From an uncultured bacterium (lineage in GTDB: Bacteria > CSSED10-310 > CAZUFC01), in contig CAZUFC010000038.1 of assembly GCA_964619725.1 (NCBI GenBank), forward strand, positions 1 to 64,000: a stretch of DNA of 64,000 nt, read 5' to 3'. Positions 40,907 to 50,029 of this stretch are shown piece after piece (position 1 is the first letter of the stretch; each line of letters starts with the position of its first letter). Made by a program: the position numbers and the translations under genes. The notes beneath the pieces are model-generated. The model did not search any database, was not told where the DNA came from, and saw only the letters and a list, made by a program, of their open reading frames with translations.

Positions 40907-43282
40907 TCAGAGAAGTATATTATCAGAGTCAATTCTCTTTTTTAAGCCGGCATAAATCATCCAGACGATGAAGAGAATCAGGGAAGCAGTTGAGACATAT
41001 TTACCGATCTGAAAGGAGAGGGGGCGATATTCCAATTTGATTCTATGGTTTCCGGCAGCAAGGGGTACGGCGCGCAGCGCGTAGTTTGCCGGCATTACCC
41101 TGTAAAAAGATTGAGGACCGTTTATAAGCGAAGAAGCTTTCCATCCTTGGCTGTAGGCGTCTGTGATGAGCAGGATGGCAGGCGCATCCAGTTCGGCGGC
41201 TATGGTTAGAACATCCGTCGACTCACTCAGCAATTTAACCTTACCCGGATTAACCGACGGGTAAGGTTCGGGGTCTGGTCGGTTTTCGAGGATAACGGTC
41301 TGGTTTGGATCGAAGTTCGGATCGGACATGGCCGCAAAAATGGCGTCCCTGTGTTTTATTATTTGGTATTCCCGGATCAGTTTCAGATGAGGCATGACGT
41401 TTTGCGTTTCATGCACGTCTATATCGTTCCTTCCGGCCGGCGTGACGAGAAAGCGGCAACGCAGCATGGCGTATAGCGGATTATAGCGAGTAAATATCTG
41501 GTAATGACCGGGAATATCCGGGTCTGTGCCTTGACTAAACTTAATGAATTCAGTGTAACGTTTCGTCGCCAGGGGGTCATACCCCCATACTTTTCTTATG
41601 CCTGTGGGGACCGGCGCCGGCGGCAGATGCATTTCCAGCATTCGATCGTTTCCGGGGGGTCTGCCTTGAAGATATTCAGCGGGCGAAAAGGCCAGAGCCG
41701 TTTTTTCCAGGTTAAAGCTGAGAGTATACTTCTGAGCGAATACAGCAATATCCATTACTGCCAGGAGCAGAATCAAACAGGCGAAATTTTTTGAATATCG
41801 GAGGGCAAACGTCAATAAGGCGAAGATGAAAAAGACTGCAGCGGCGTTCATGACTGTTTCTGCCGCCAGAAGTCCGCTTTGTTTAATGAAATCGGGATCG
41901 GATAGCCGTTCTTCTGCCGTATCGATGAATAGAATGTAATCTGATTCTTTTACATGTTGAATTATTACGGACCACACGCCTGTTCGATCGAAACTCATCG
42001 CCGACTGTTTTATCTTAAGTCCTGAAATGACAAATACGCATGCGGTAAAAACTGAAAATATGGATATACGGTTAAAAGAACGTTTTAACTTCACAAGAGA
42101 ATCAAAGCCTGCTCCTGCGAGCAGCGCCAGATAAACGACGGCAAAGAAGGAGAACTTGGCCGCGCCGCGAAATTTTTCGAATCCGGGAAGCGTTATGTAA
42201 AACAATTTAAACAGAGGCGTATACGATCCCATTGCCAGGAGGATCAATAAAAAAAATAAAACGAGGTAGGATTTTTTGAATTTTAACCTGCTGAAGAACG
42301 CACCGGCGCCGGCCAGAACGAAATTGGCCGCTCCGATAAAAAGGCAGGTTTCCCACTGATAAAAGCGTCCCCAATACTGAAGCCTGATGTCGTCACCGAA
42401 AAACGTCGGGAGAACCAGGCTGATCAGCGATTCCGGAGAGAGAGAATATTTTCCGGCATCGGGTGAAGCGACTGAGGAGCTTCTGACGCTTTCACTCACC
42501 GCTTCCAGACCCGTCAATATCTGGACGGCCGTCAACAGTAAAGAAGCAGCATAAATAATGCCCCAGTAAAGAAATACCTTTTTGCGTTTCTTCTCGATTA
42601 GCACGAGCGAGCCTGCATGCATGAATGATACTATCATCGTATAATACATCAATTGAGGATGACCGGCCAGAATCTGCATAGCCGCAGCCGCAATCCCGAT
42701 AAATATCCAGTATAATCTGGCTCTGACGGCAAGAGATTCTATGCTTAAAAGAATAAGCGGCGTCCAGGCCAGAGTGCATGCATTGGGCAGGTGCCCGGCA
42801 TATATTCTCAGGAAATATGGACCTGAAAACATGAGAACGACGGCCGAAAGCCCTGCTGCGGGGGAGCTTATTCCTTTTTTCACAGCCCAGACGAACATGA
42901 AAAGTCCTGTGAGCAGGACATGAAAGGAGAAGCTGACGTTGATCGCTTTAGCTACGGGAAGAAAAAGGAAAACAATATTGAAGGGATAAAGAAGGGCTGA
43001 CTGAAAATTGCCGAAAAAGGGCATGCCGGAAAAACTATAGGGATTCCAAAGCGGAAAATTGCCTTGTTTCATTTCTCCGAATCCGAACTCCCGCATAGTA
43101 ATGAATTGCCTGTAAAGGTCCTGACCGAACCTGGAAAGAACGAGTTCTTTTGAAGTGAAAATAACATCAAAGAATGTCAGCATCACCAGTAAGGTAACGG
43201 CTGCAGCGGCAAACAGATTATATCTACGGAAAGCGGTCATTTCGGATTCATTCGCTGAAATAAGTGTGAACATGAAACGCAA
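40907..43282 (-). CDS. YfhO-family membrane glycosyltransferase (GT-C)
   Basis: PLWNPYSFSGMPF...ALLYP, AGHPQ, PGFEKFR, GWKA...NYALRAVPLAAGNH.I.LEYRP. Confidence 0.85.
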   Translation of the reverse strand: MRFMFTLISANESEMTAFRRYNLFAAAAVTLLVMLTFFDVIFTSKELVLSRFGQDLYRQFITMREFGFGEMKQGNFPLWNPYSFSGMPFFGNFQSALLYPFNIVFLFLPVAKAINVSFSFHVLLTGLFMFVWAVKKGISSPAAGLSAVVLMFSGPYFLRIYAGHLPNACTLAWTPLILLSIESLAVRARLYWIFIGIAAAAMQILAGHPQLMYYTMIVSFMHAGSLVLIEKKRKKVFLYWGIIYAASLLLTAVQILTGLEAVSESVRSSSVASPDAGKYSLSPESLISLVLPTFFGDDIRLQYWGRFYQWETCLFIGAANFVLAGAGAFFSRLKFKKSYLVLFFLLILLAMGSYTPLFKLFYITLPGFEKFRGAAKFSFFAVVYLALLAGAGFDSLVKLKRSFNRISIFSVFTACVFVISGLKIKQSAMSFDRTGVWSVIIQHVKESDYILFIDTAEERLSDPDFIKQSGLLAAETVMNAAAVFFIFALLTFALRYSKNFACLILLLAVMDIAVFAQKYTLSFNLEKTALAFSPAEYLQGRPPGNDRMLEMHLPPAPVPTGIRKVWGYDPLATKRYTEFIKFSQGTDPDIPGHYQIFTRYNPLYAMLRCRFLVTPAGRNDIDVHETQNVMPHLKLIREYQIIKHRDAIFAAMSDPNFDPNQTVILENRPDPEPYPSVNPGKVKLLSESTDVLTIAAELDAPAILLITDAYSQGWKASSLINGPQSFYRVMPANYALRAVPLAAGNHRIKLEYRPLSFQIGKYVSTASLILFIVWMIYAGLKKRIDSDNILL

Positions 43283-43638
43283 GGAACCGGGCGGTTGATT
43301 AAAAGAGCGGAAACTGCCCGGTTCACGGATGTAATATTAGGGACTCGGCCCATAGGCTGTCAATCCGAGGACTGATGAGCGGTATGAAGGCGTCGATTAG
43401 TATCCTCCGTCTGATCAGTTCCAGATTAATGGAGATCATTGTTGCGTCGAAGCTGAAATTGCGCATTTGAAGGGCAGGGGAAATTGTTGTATAAGAAAAT
43501 TGGGAAGAGATTCGCTGAAGCGGGTCATTTGGATGCGTGAATGTATGATAGGGAGGAAGGCCGACGTTCTGGTCCGTAATCCGCGGGTTTGGGCATAATC
43601 AAGAACGGCAGGATAGTTTCGCCGGCTGGGAGGTAAAG

Positions 43639-44682
43639 ATGCAATATACTCAATTTGGGGACACGGGAATGGTCGTTTCAAGAATGGCTCTGGGTACGAT
43701 GACTTTCGGCAATTACAATTATCAGGGATTCAAGTCAAATGTGGGAGAGAAAGAGGCGCGCGACATCGTAGCGATGGCGCTTAACAGGGGGATAAATTTT
43801 TTCGATACCGCGGATATGTATGCAGGAGGACAGTCGGAGGAGTTATTGGGAAGGACTTTAGGGGTAAGAAGGCACGATGTGTTCGTATGCACGAAAGCCT
43901 TTTTCCGTACAGGACCTGCGATATTACATGCGGGTCTTTCCAGAAGGCACATTATCGAAGCTTGCGAAGAGAGTTTAGGGCGGCTGAAAACCGATTATAT
44001 CGATCTGTTTTTATTGCACAATTATGATCGAATAACGCCTTTTGAGGAAACGGCCAGGGCGTTGGACGATCTTCAGAGGCAGGGAAAGGTCAGATATGTA
44101 GGGGAGAGTAATTTTTTTGGGTGGCAGGCGGAGAAGATGATTGCGACGCAAAAACGACTGGGTTTCGCTCCCCTGGTTGCCGCTCAGGTTTACTACTCTC
44201 TGCTCACACGAGACATTGAATGGGAAATCGTCCCGCAGGCGAAAAGCGCCGGCATGGGAATAATGGCCTGGGGTCCTCTGGCAGGAGGATTTCTCACGGG
44301 TAAATACAAGAAAGGAAGCACGGAAGCAGTTGAAGGGCGCAGAAAAACTTTTGATTTTCCTCCGGTGGACGGTGAAGCAGCCAATAAAATAGTGGATAAG
44401 CTGGCAGCGATAGCGAAAAAAAATGATGCAACGCCCGCAGAGACGGCTCTCGCCTGGATGCTCTCCAAGCCCTTCCTTGACACGGTTATTGTGGGGGTCA
44501 GCAAGTTGGAACAGTTGGAAAGCAATCTCAAAGCTGAAAAACTGGAACTCCCCAAGGAAATATACAGTGAACTCGACGACTTGACCAAACCGCCTGCACC
44601 CTATCCTCAATGGATGCAATGGGGGGAAGCGGAAACGCAGAAAGCCCTGGAAAAGGGATGGGAGCCGGAACAGACGAATTGA
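43639..44682 (+). CDS. Aldo/keto reductase
   Basis: LGTMTFG, GINFFDTADMY..G.SEE.LG, SL.RL.TDYIDL..LH, GKVRYVG.SN, WGPLAGG.LTGKY. Confidence 0.95.
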   Translation: MQYTQFGDTGMVVSRMALGTMTFGNYNYQGFKSNVGEKEARDIVAMALNRGINFFDTADMYAGGQSEELLGRTLGVRRHDVFVCTKAFFRTGPAILHAGLSRRHIIEACEESLGRLKTDYIDLFLLHNYDRITPFEETARALDDLQRQGKVRYVGESNFFGWQAEKMIATQKRLGFAPLVAAQVYYSLLTRDIEWEIVPQAKSAGMGIMAWGPLAGGFLTGKYKKGSTEAVEGRRKTFDFPPVDGEAANKIVDKLAAIAKKNDATPAETALAWMLSKPFLDTVIVGVSKLEQLESNLKAEKLELPKEIYSELDDLTKPPAPYPQWMQWGEAETQKALEKGWEPEQTN

Positions 44683-44836
44683 GTATCATTATTAATCCGG
44701 GAAAAAGATGAGGAAGCGATTGAAAGCCAATTCCTGACTTCTTGCAACGGGACGATTTTCAGGCAAGGGTTTCAGGAAAGAGCAGGGCGGCATCAGGGAA
44801 ATCCGTTCTGATTTAAAATGGGCTGATCAGGATATT

Positions 44837-45553
44837 ATGAACAAACAGAAGCAGGAAGAAGATATTTTAAAAATAGCATCTTACAATATCCATTCATGTA
44901 AGGGCATTGATGGCGTATATGATACTTCGAGAACTTCAGATGTGATATTGGAAATCGGCGCCAGGATAGTCGGTTTGCAGGAAGTCGATACCGGGTATTG
45001 TTTTATTCACACTTCAAAGCAACTGATTGAAATACAGGAAAAAACGGGATTCGAGGCGGTGTCGGGAGTTACTTTAAAGAATAAAAACGGAAGTTATGGA
45101 AACGCATTGCTGACGGATTTGCCGATTGGAGAAGTGAAATTATACAATATAAGCATTCGAAAGCGGGAACCTCGCGGAGTCATTGATGCAGAAATCAATT
45201 ACAAGGGAGCTTCGATCAGGGTTCTGGTCACTCATTTAGGATTAAAAATAAGAGAAAGGAAAGAGCAGACAGCGGCTGTAATGAATATTCTGGATAAGAA
45301 GCCGGAGATGCCGACAGTACTCATGGGGGATGTGAATGAATGGAATCCTTTCGGATATGCCGTCAGGAAGTTTAACAGAAAAATGGGGAGAACTCCTTTG
45401 AACCGGACTTTTCATACTTTATTGCCTTTGTTTGCGCTGGATCGCATTTGGGCTGCGCCGCGGAAAATTATCATCGGGCCTGCCGTTCATAGAAGCCGGG
45501 TTGCAGCTAAGGCTTCCGATCATTTTCCCGTCAAGGCAGAGTTGAAACTTTAA
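44837..45553 (+). CDS. Endonuclease/exonuclease/phosphatase family protein
   Basis: SYNIH, LQEVD, YGNA, THL, MGDVNEW, LDRI, ASDHFP. Confidence 0.9.
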   Translation: MNKQKQEEDILKIASYNIHSCKGIDGVYDTSRTSDVILEIGARIVGLQEVDTGYCFIHTSKQLIEIQEKTGFEAVSGVTLKNKNGSYGNALLTDLPIGEVKLYNISIRKREPRGVIDAEINYKGASIRVLVTHLGLKIRERKEQTAAVMNILDKKPEMPTVLMGDVNEWNPFGYAVRKFNRKMGRTPLNRTFHTLLPLFALDRIWAAPRKIIIGPAVHRSRVAAKASDHFPVKAELKL

Positions 45554-45637
45554 GACGACTGTTTATGCGTCAACCGGTTTTCGCATCCCCGGAGATAATC
45601 AGTTCTTCAGAATCGTTAAATCATAGGAGGAATCATC

Positions 45638-47077
45638 ATGAGTGAAGATAAAGGCGGTTTTCGTCGAACCAATATCGTATGTACGTTAGGTCCCGCTTCG
45701 GATGCGCCGGGAGTATTGGAGAATATGATACTTGCGGGCATGAATATCGCCAGGTTGAATTTTTCTCATGGCACGCACGAAGAGCATGCCCGGAGGATAA
45801 AGCGGATTCGCGCAGCAGCGGAGCAACTGGGCAGGCCGGTTTCTATTCTACAGGACCTGGCGGGACCGAAAATCCGGCTGGGTGATTTACCGGGCGAAGG
45901 CGTCGTCACTCTGGATGCTCACGAAAAAGTTTTACTGACTTCAGGGAAGATGACGGAGAAAAAAACGAAAGTATTGCCTGTAGCTTATGAGGGATTTGAT
46001 GAGGCGGTAAAGCTGGGCGATCAGATACTGCTTTCGGACGGCGCGTTGGAGCTGAAAGTGCTGGAAAAAACTTCCGACGGCATATTATGTGAAGTAATGA
46101 CGAGAGGCGTGGTTTCTTCTAGGAAGGGGATCAATCTACCGAGTAAAAAGATTTGCATTTCCTGCGTCACGGAAAAGGACATTGAGGATTTAAAGTTCGG
46201 CATTGAGCAGGGAGTGGATATGGCAGCGCTTTCTTTCGTTATGCGGGCGAGTGATATAGAGCCTGTTAAGCGGCAAATTGAAGCTTCAGGCAGGAGAATT
46301 CCGACTGTCGCCAAGATAGAGAAACCGGCTGCTGTAGAGAACCTGAAAGAAATAATCGAGGCGACGGACGGCGTTATGGCGGCGAGAGGAGACCTCGGCG
46401 TTGAAACGCCTCTGGAGGGAGTACCCAGATTACAGAAAAAAATCATCCGTGAAGCGAACGATCAGGCCAAACCCGTTATACTGGCTACGCAAATGCTTAA
46501 ATCAATGGTCGATAACCCCAGACCTACCAGGGCTGAAGCCGCTGACGTCGCTAACGGAGTCCTCGACGGCGCTGACGCTCTTATGCTTTCTGAAGAAAGC
46601 GCTGTGGGTCGCTTTCCGGCTCAGGCTGTGGCAATAATGGACAGAATCATAAGAGACATTGAGAAAACTTTTCCTCATAAAGCGTTCCTGGAGAGGGACG
46701 TTCCGAATGCCGACGATCCTGTGAAAGCCTTGACCCTTTCAGCATGCAGACTGGCGGAAACGCTTAACGTTAAAGCCATCATCGTTCCGACAGAATCAGG
46801 CAGCACAGCCCTGCAGGTCGCTTCCCGCAGGCCGCGGCAGCCCATTATCGCATTGAGTCCCAATCAAAGTACTGTCAGCTTTCTGCAGCTTGTTTGGGGC
46901 GTTAAAGCCTACCTGGTTCCACGCCCCAGGAACGCCGACGACGTCATTCGGAAATCCATGGAGGCCGCTAAAAAATTCGAATATCTGAAATCGGGCGAAA
47001 AGGTCATTTTCGTCGCTGGACTGCCCATAGAACAACCGGGCCTCACGAATCTGATAAAGGTTGCCGAGAGTCCCTGA
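45638..47077 (+). CDS. pyk: Pyruvate kinase
   Basis: IVCTLGPAS, ARLNFSHG, DLAGPKIR, AKIE, ARGDLGVE, ATQML.SM, DALMLSEESA.G. Confidence 0.97.
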   Translation: MSEDKGGFRRTNIVCTLGPASDAPGVLENMILAGMNIARLNFSHGTHEEHARRIKRIRAAAEQLGRPVSILQDLAGPKIRLGDLPGEGVVTLDAHEKVLLTSGKMTEKKTKVLPVAYEGFDEAVKLGDQILLSDGALELKVLEKTSDGILCEVMTRGVVSSRKGINLPSKKICISCVTEKDIEDLKFGIEQGVDMAALSFVMRASDIEPVKRQIEASGRRIPTVAKIEKPAAVENLKEIIEATDGVMAARGDLGVETPLEGVPRLQKKIIREANDQAKPVILATQMLKSMVDNPRPTRAEAADVANGVLDGADALMLSEESAVGRFPAQAVAIMDRIIRDIEKTFPHKAFLERDVPNADDPVKALTLSACRLAETLNVKAIIVPTESGSTALQVASRRPRQPIIALSPNQSTVSFLQLVWGVKAYLVPRPRNADDVIRKSMEAAKKFEYLKSGEKVIFVAGLPIEQPGLTNLIKVAESP

Positions 47078-47318
47078 TTCTCAGTAGGCACCTTCATTTC
47101 TATGATCGTATGACTGAATTTTACCTCTATCTTCACTCAGTGCAACGGCTGAATATTTTCCAACGCCTCTCCGCCCCGGTATGCCTATCGGAAAATGCGT
47201 TTGCTCACAGGCGCTGTCGAATACAGGCAATACAGTTCGGATAGCGGGCAGTTTTCATCATTGACATTGATCCCCGAATTATGATAATTCCACTGGTAAG
47301 TCACTGGGATGAATTATC

Positions 47319-48065
47319 ATGAGTTTGAATCCGCAATTAAAGTGTTTCTTTGAAGAAAAATTTTACGAGCGCTATTGGGGGAGTCGGTTCGACGAAAGCG
47401 TCAACCGGAAGGAAGCTGTGAACGTTTTGCGGCTCCTGGGCGCCCGTGAAGGGCATATACTTGATTGGCGAAGCGGATGGGGAAGACACGCCTACTATTT
47501 CGCTAAACAGGGATTCAAAGTTACTCTGCTGGATTTCATCGAGAGATACTTAAAAGATGCTGAAAAGCGATTTAAAAAAGAAGGTCTCAAATTGAACGTC
47601 ATAAATGAGGATTCCCGCAATACGCCTTCAGAAATTCAGGCGGATTATGCGGTATGTCTGATGAATTCAGTGGGTTTCATGACGCTGAAGGAAGAAGTTA
47701 AAGCCTTTCGCAGCCTTTATAAAGCGTTAAAGCCGGGAGCCAAGATCGTTATCGATTGTGAGAACCTCTTTTACATCGCCAGGAATTTCCAGAAGATTTT
47801 TAAGATGACGGACGACGACAAGACCGTCTACAGGTCTGAGGCTTTTTTTGATTTAAAAACGAATGTGCTGCACAAGAGTTTTCAGATTATTCGTCCGGAA
47901 GGGCCGAATGAGAGAAGGGAATTCAATCAGATCATGTATACGCCGCGTGATCTGGCGGCGCTCGTGAAACTCGGAGGGTTCGAAGTCGACGAGCTTTACG
48001 GCAGTTACGAAGGCGAACCTTTGACTTTTGAATCTCCCAGGATTGTGATTTCAGCTTATAAATGA
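47319..48065 (+). CDS. Class I SAM-dependent methyltransferase
   Basis: ILDWRSGWGRHA (variant motif I), NSVGF, LKPGA, GFEV..LYGSY. Confidence 0.8.
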   Translation: MSLNPQLKCFFEEKFYERYWGSRFDESVNRKEAVNVLRLLGAREGHILDWRSGWGRHAYYFAKQGFKVTLLDFIERYLKDAEKRFKKEGLKLNVINEDSRNTPSEIQADYAVCLMNSVGFMTLKEEVKAFRSLYKALKPGAKIVIDCENLFYIARNFQKIFKMTDDDKTVYRSEAFFDLKTNVLHKSFQIIRPEGPNERREFNQIMYTPRDLAALVKLGGFEVDELYGSYEGEPLTFESPRIVISAYK

Positions 48066-48151
48066 AAGACAGGGGCCGGCTTACTTTCAATAGGTAAGTT
48101 GAGGATGAGAAAGGGTCATCCCGTTGATGAAGGATAAACAGGAATGCCGGC

Positions 48152-49030
48152 ATGATAAAAGAAATTGAAGCCAAAGTCCTGTTGTCTCACGTAAAGCAAC
48201 CTGACGTCTGGTTCGGTTTGAAATACAACATGAATCTCTATAGAGGCTGTCAGCATCAGTGCATTTACTGCGATTCAAGAAGCGAATGTTACGGAATCGA
48301 AAACTTCCGGGATGTCCTGGTGAAGTCTAACGCCGTGGAGCTGCTTGGAAGCGAGCTAAGCAGGAAGCGAGTTCGAGGGACCATCGGATTCGGCGCCATG
48401 AGCGATACTTACATGCCCCTTGAAAAGGAATTTAAGCTGACGCAGAAGTCGTTGAAGGTTATCAGCGAATTCCGGTTTCCCGTTCACATCATTACGAAAA
48501 GCTCGCTTGTTTTACGTGATATTGAGCTGTTGAAGAAAATTAGCGACGTCTATGCTGCAGTCAGTTTTTCAATAACTGCCGCGGACGACGCGCTGGGACG
48601 TAGAGTGGAGCCCAATGCCTCTCCGGTTTCAGAGCGGTTTTTCGCCCTCAGCGAATTATCCAAACGGGGAATATATTCCGGTATAGTTTTGATGCCCGTT
48701 CTGCCATTTATCGAAGATAATTGGAATAATATACGAAGCATTGTCGAAAAAGCGCACGCCTCAGGAGCTCATTACATCATTCCTGCTTTCGGAATGACCC
48801 TGCGTGACAGGCAGCGTAATTATTACTATGATAAACTGGACGAATCATTTCCGGGAATCAGAAAGAAATATGAAGAAAGGTATGGAAATCAATACTGTTG
48901 CGATGCTGTGAATGCTCAAAAACTGACGACAAAATTTTCAGTCCTGTGCGACAGGCTCAGCATTGATAGGAGAATAAAAGTCTACGATCTTTCGCGAGGA
49001 AGACAGTTGAGTTTGTTTGATGATCAATGA
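48152..49030 (+). CDS. Radical SAM protein (spore-photoproduct-lyase-like, putative DNA repair)
   Basis: YRGCQHQCIYC, SD.Y.P.E, ITKS, EP.A...ER, PVLP; C-terminal QLSLF. Confidence 0.9.
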   Translation: MIKEIEAKVLLSHVKQPDVWFGLKYNMNLYRGCQHQCIYCDSRSECYGIENFRDVLVKSNAVELLGSELSRKRVRGTIGFGAMSDTYMPLEKEFKLTQKSLKVISEFRFPVHIITKSSLVLRDIELLKKISDVYAAVSFSITAADDALGRRVEPNASPVSERFFALSELSKRGIYSGIVLMPVLPFIEDNWNNIRSIVEKAHASGAHYIIPAFGMTLRDRQRNYYYDKLDESFPGIRKKYEERYGNQYCCDAVNAQKLTTKFSVLCDRLSIDRRIKVYDLSRGRQLSLFDDQ

Positions 49031-49251
49031 AACGACATTCAGACGCCAATAAAGCTTAAGGCGAATCCGACTCTTCAAAAAGATGCCATGGTCCTCAAAC
49101 GTTTATATCAACCGATTCCCTTTCGCACCCTTTTGTTTTCGAGTGAACTCGGAAAGGTTCGCAAATGGTTTTTCCTACCCATAAAATGAGTGCAAGCCCG
49201 GGCAGGATTTGAATTGATCAAAAACGTAAGAGTTAAAAAAACAAATGAAAA

Positions 49252-49335
49252 GCTCGTTCCTCAAGCAATAGCGGGAATTGAGCCTCAAGAGAGATTTCTC
49301 CTTATGTTGCGATTCCCGCTTTGCTGAGGACGAGC
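49252..49335. terminator. Long imperfect hairpin between convergent genes
   Basis: GCTCGTTCCTCAAGCAATAGCGGGAATTG pairs with CGATTCCCGCTTTGCTGAGGACGAGC; bracketed by TTGATCAAAA (49214) and TGATCAGCCC (49341). Confidence 0.55.
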
Positions 49336-49387
49336 AGGACTGATCAGCCCTTTTCTAAGCTTATTCTGGTTGATGCCTGGTTTCCAA

Positions 49388-49807
49388 TCACAGACAGTCG
49401 CAGGGCGGCGTGCTGAAAAGACTCAACTTGATCGGAAGATATCGTTCCTCTGCATTGACCTGCAATCCGCATTTCTGAAAGTGAAAAGTCATATCGTCCA
49501 CATCAAAATCAACATAAATGTGATAGCAGCCCGGAGAAAGCCATAAAGAATAGTATCCCTCTTCGTCGCACCAAACCTCTTTTTTCTTTATGCAAAAAAT
49601 ATCTTCCACCGTTACCTTGACCTTGACGTCCTGAAGAGGATTGCCGTTGGGCCAGAATATATACCCTACTATATTGCTCGATCCGGGATCGGTATAGGAA
49701 TCGAATGATTCTCCGCCCGCTTCGACCATTGCGCCGCTCAACAGGAACAAAACGACCGCCGTCGTTAATATGCTGAAAATTGAATTCAGCCGTTTGCACG
49801 TTTTCAT
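49388..49807 (-). CDS. Small secreted Cys-rich protein (carboxypeptidase-regulatory/transthyretin-like fold candidate)
   Basis: AAGGAGG before ATG 49807; signal peptide; I.G.I...NG.PL..V.V...DEEGYY.L.L.PG.Y; ends PPCDCL. Confidence 0.75.
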   Translation of the reverse strand: MKTCKRLNSIFSILTTAVVLFLLSGAMVEAGGESFDSYTDPGSSNIVGYIFWPNGNPLQDVKVKVTVEDIFCIKKKEVWCDEEGYYSLWLSPGCYHIYVDFDVDDMTFHFQKCGLQVNAEERYLPIKLSLFSTPPCDCL

Positions 49808-49872
49808 GTTTGCCTCCTTTGATGAAACGTCTTGAATGGTGAGAATTGCGTCGACGCCCGATGCAAAGAAGG

Positions 49873-49887
49873 GCAATTTTTGTGCCA
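49873..49887 (-). promoter_or_regulatory. sigma-54 -24/-12 promoter for the 49807 gene
   Basis: Minus strand TGGCAC-AAAAA-TTGC, exact consensus spacing. Confidence 0.85.
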
Positions 49888-49978
49888 TATTCAGGATGAT
49901 GCTGTGTTTCCGCTCTCAAATTGAACCTTTAAAAGGAAAGGCGGAACCCGCGTCATGCCGTCAATCTATACCCGCGTC

Positions 49979-50029
49979 TCGCCGGAAACGGCGAAAATTA
50001 TTCGTCTTTTTCGCTGGAATCGGCGAAAA
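49979..50029. promoter_or_regulatory. Two palindromic candidate upstream activator sites
   Basis: TCGCCG-GAAA-CGGCGAAAA (49979-97) and TTTTCGCTG-GAAT-CGGCGAAAA (50008-29), centres 32 bp apart. Confidence 0.6.

Noticed and set aside
49252-49335. Integron attC site
   Set aside because: No RYYYAAC/GTTRRRY boxes and no integrase or cassette array
49808-49888. Upstream ATG extension of the small secreted gene (166-aa ORF)
   Set aside because: That ATG overlaps the sigma-54 promoter; the SD and signal peptide support a start at 49807
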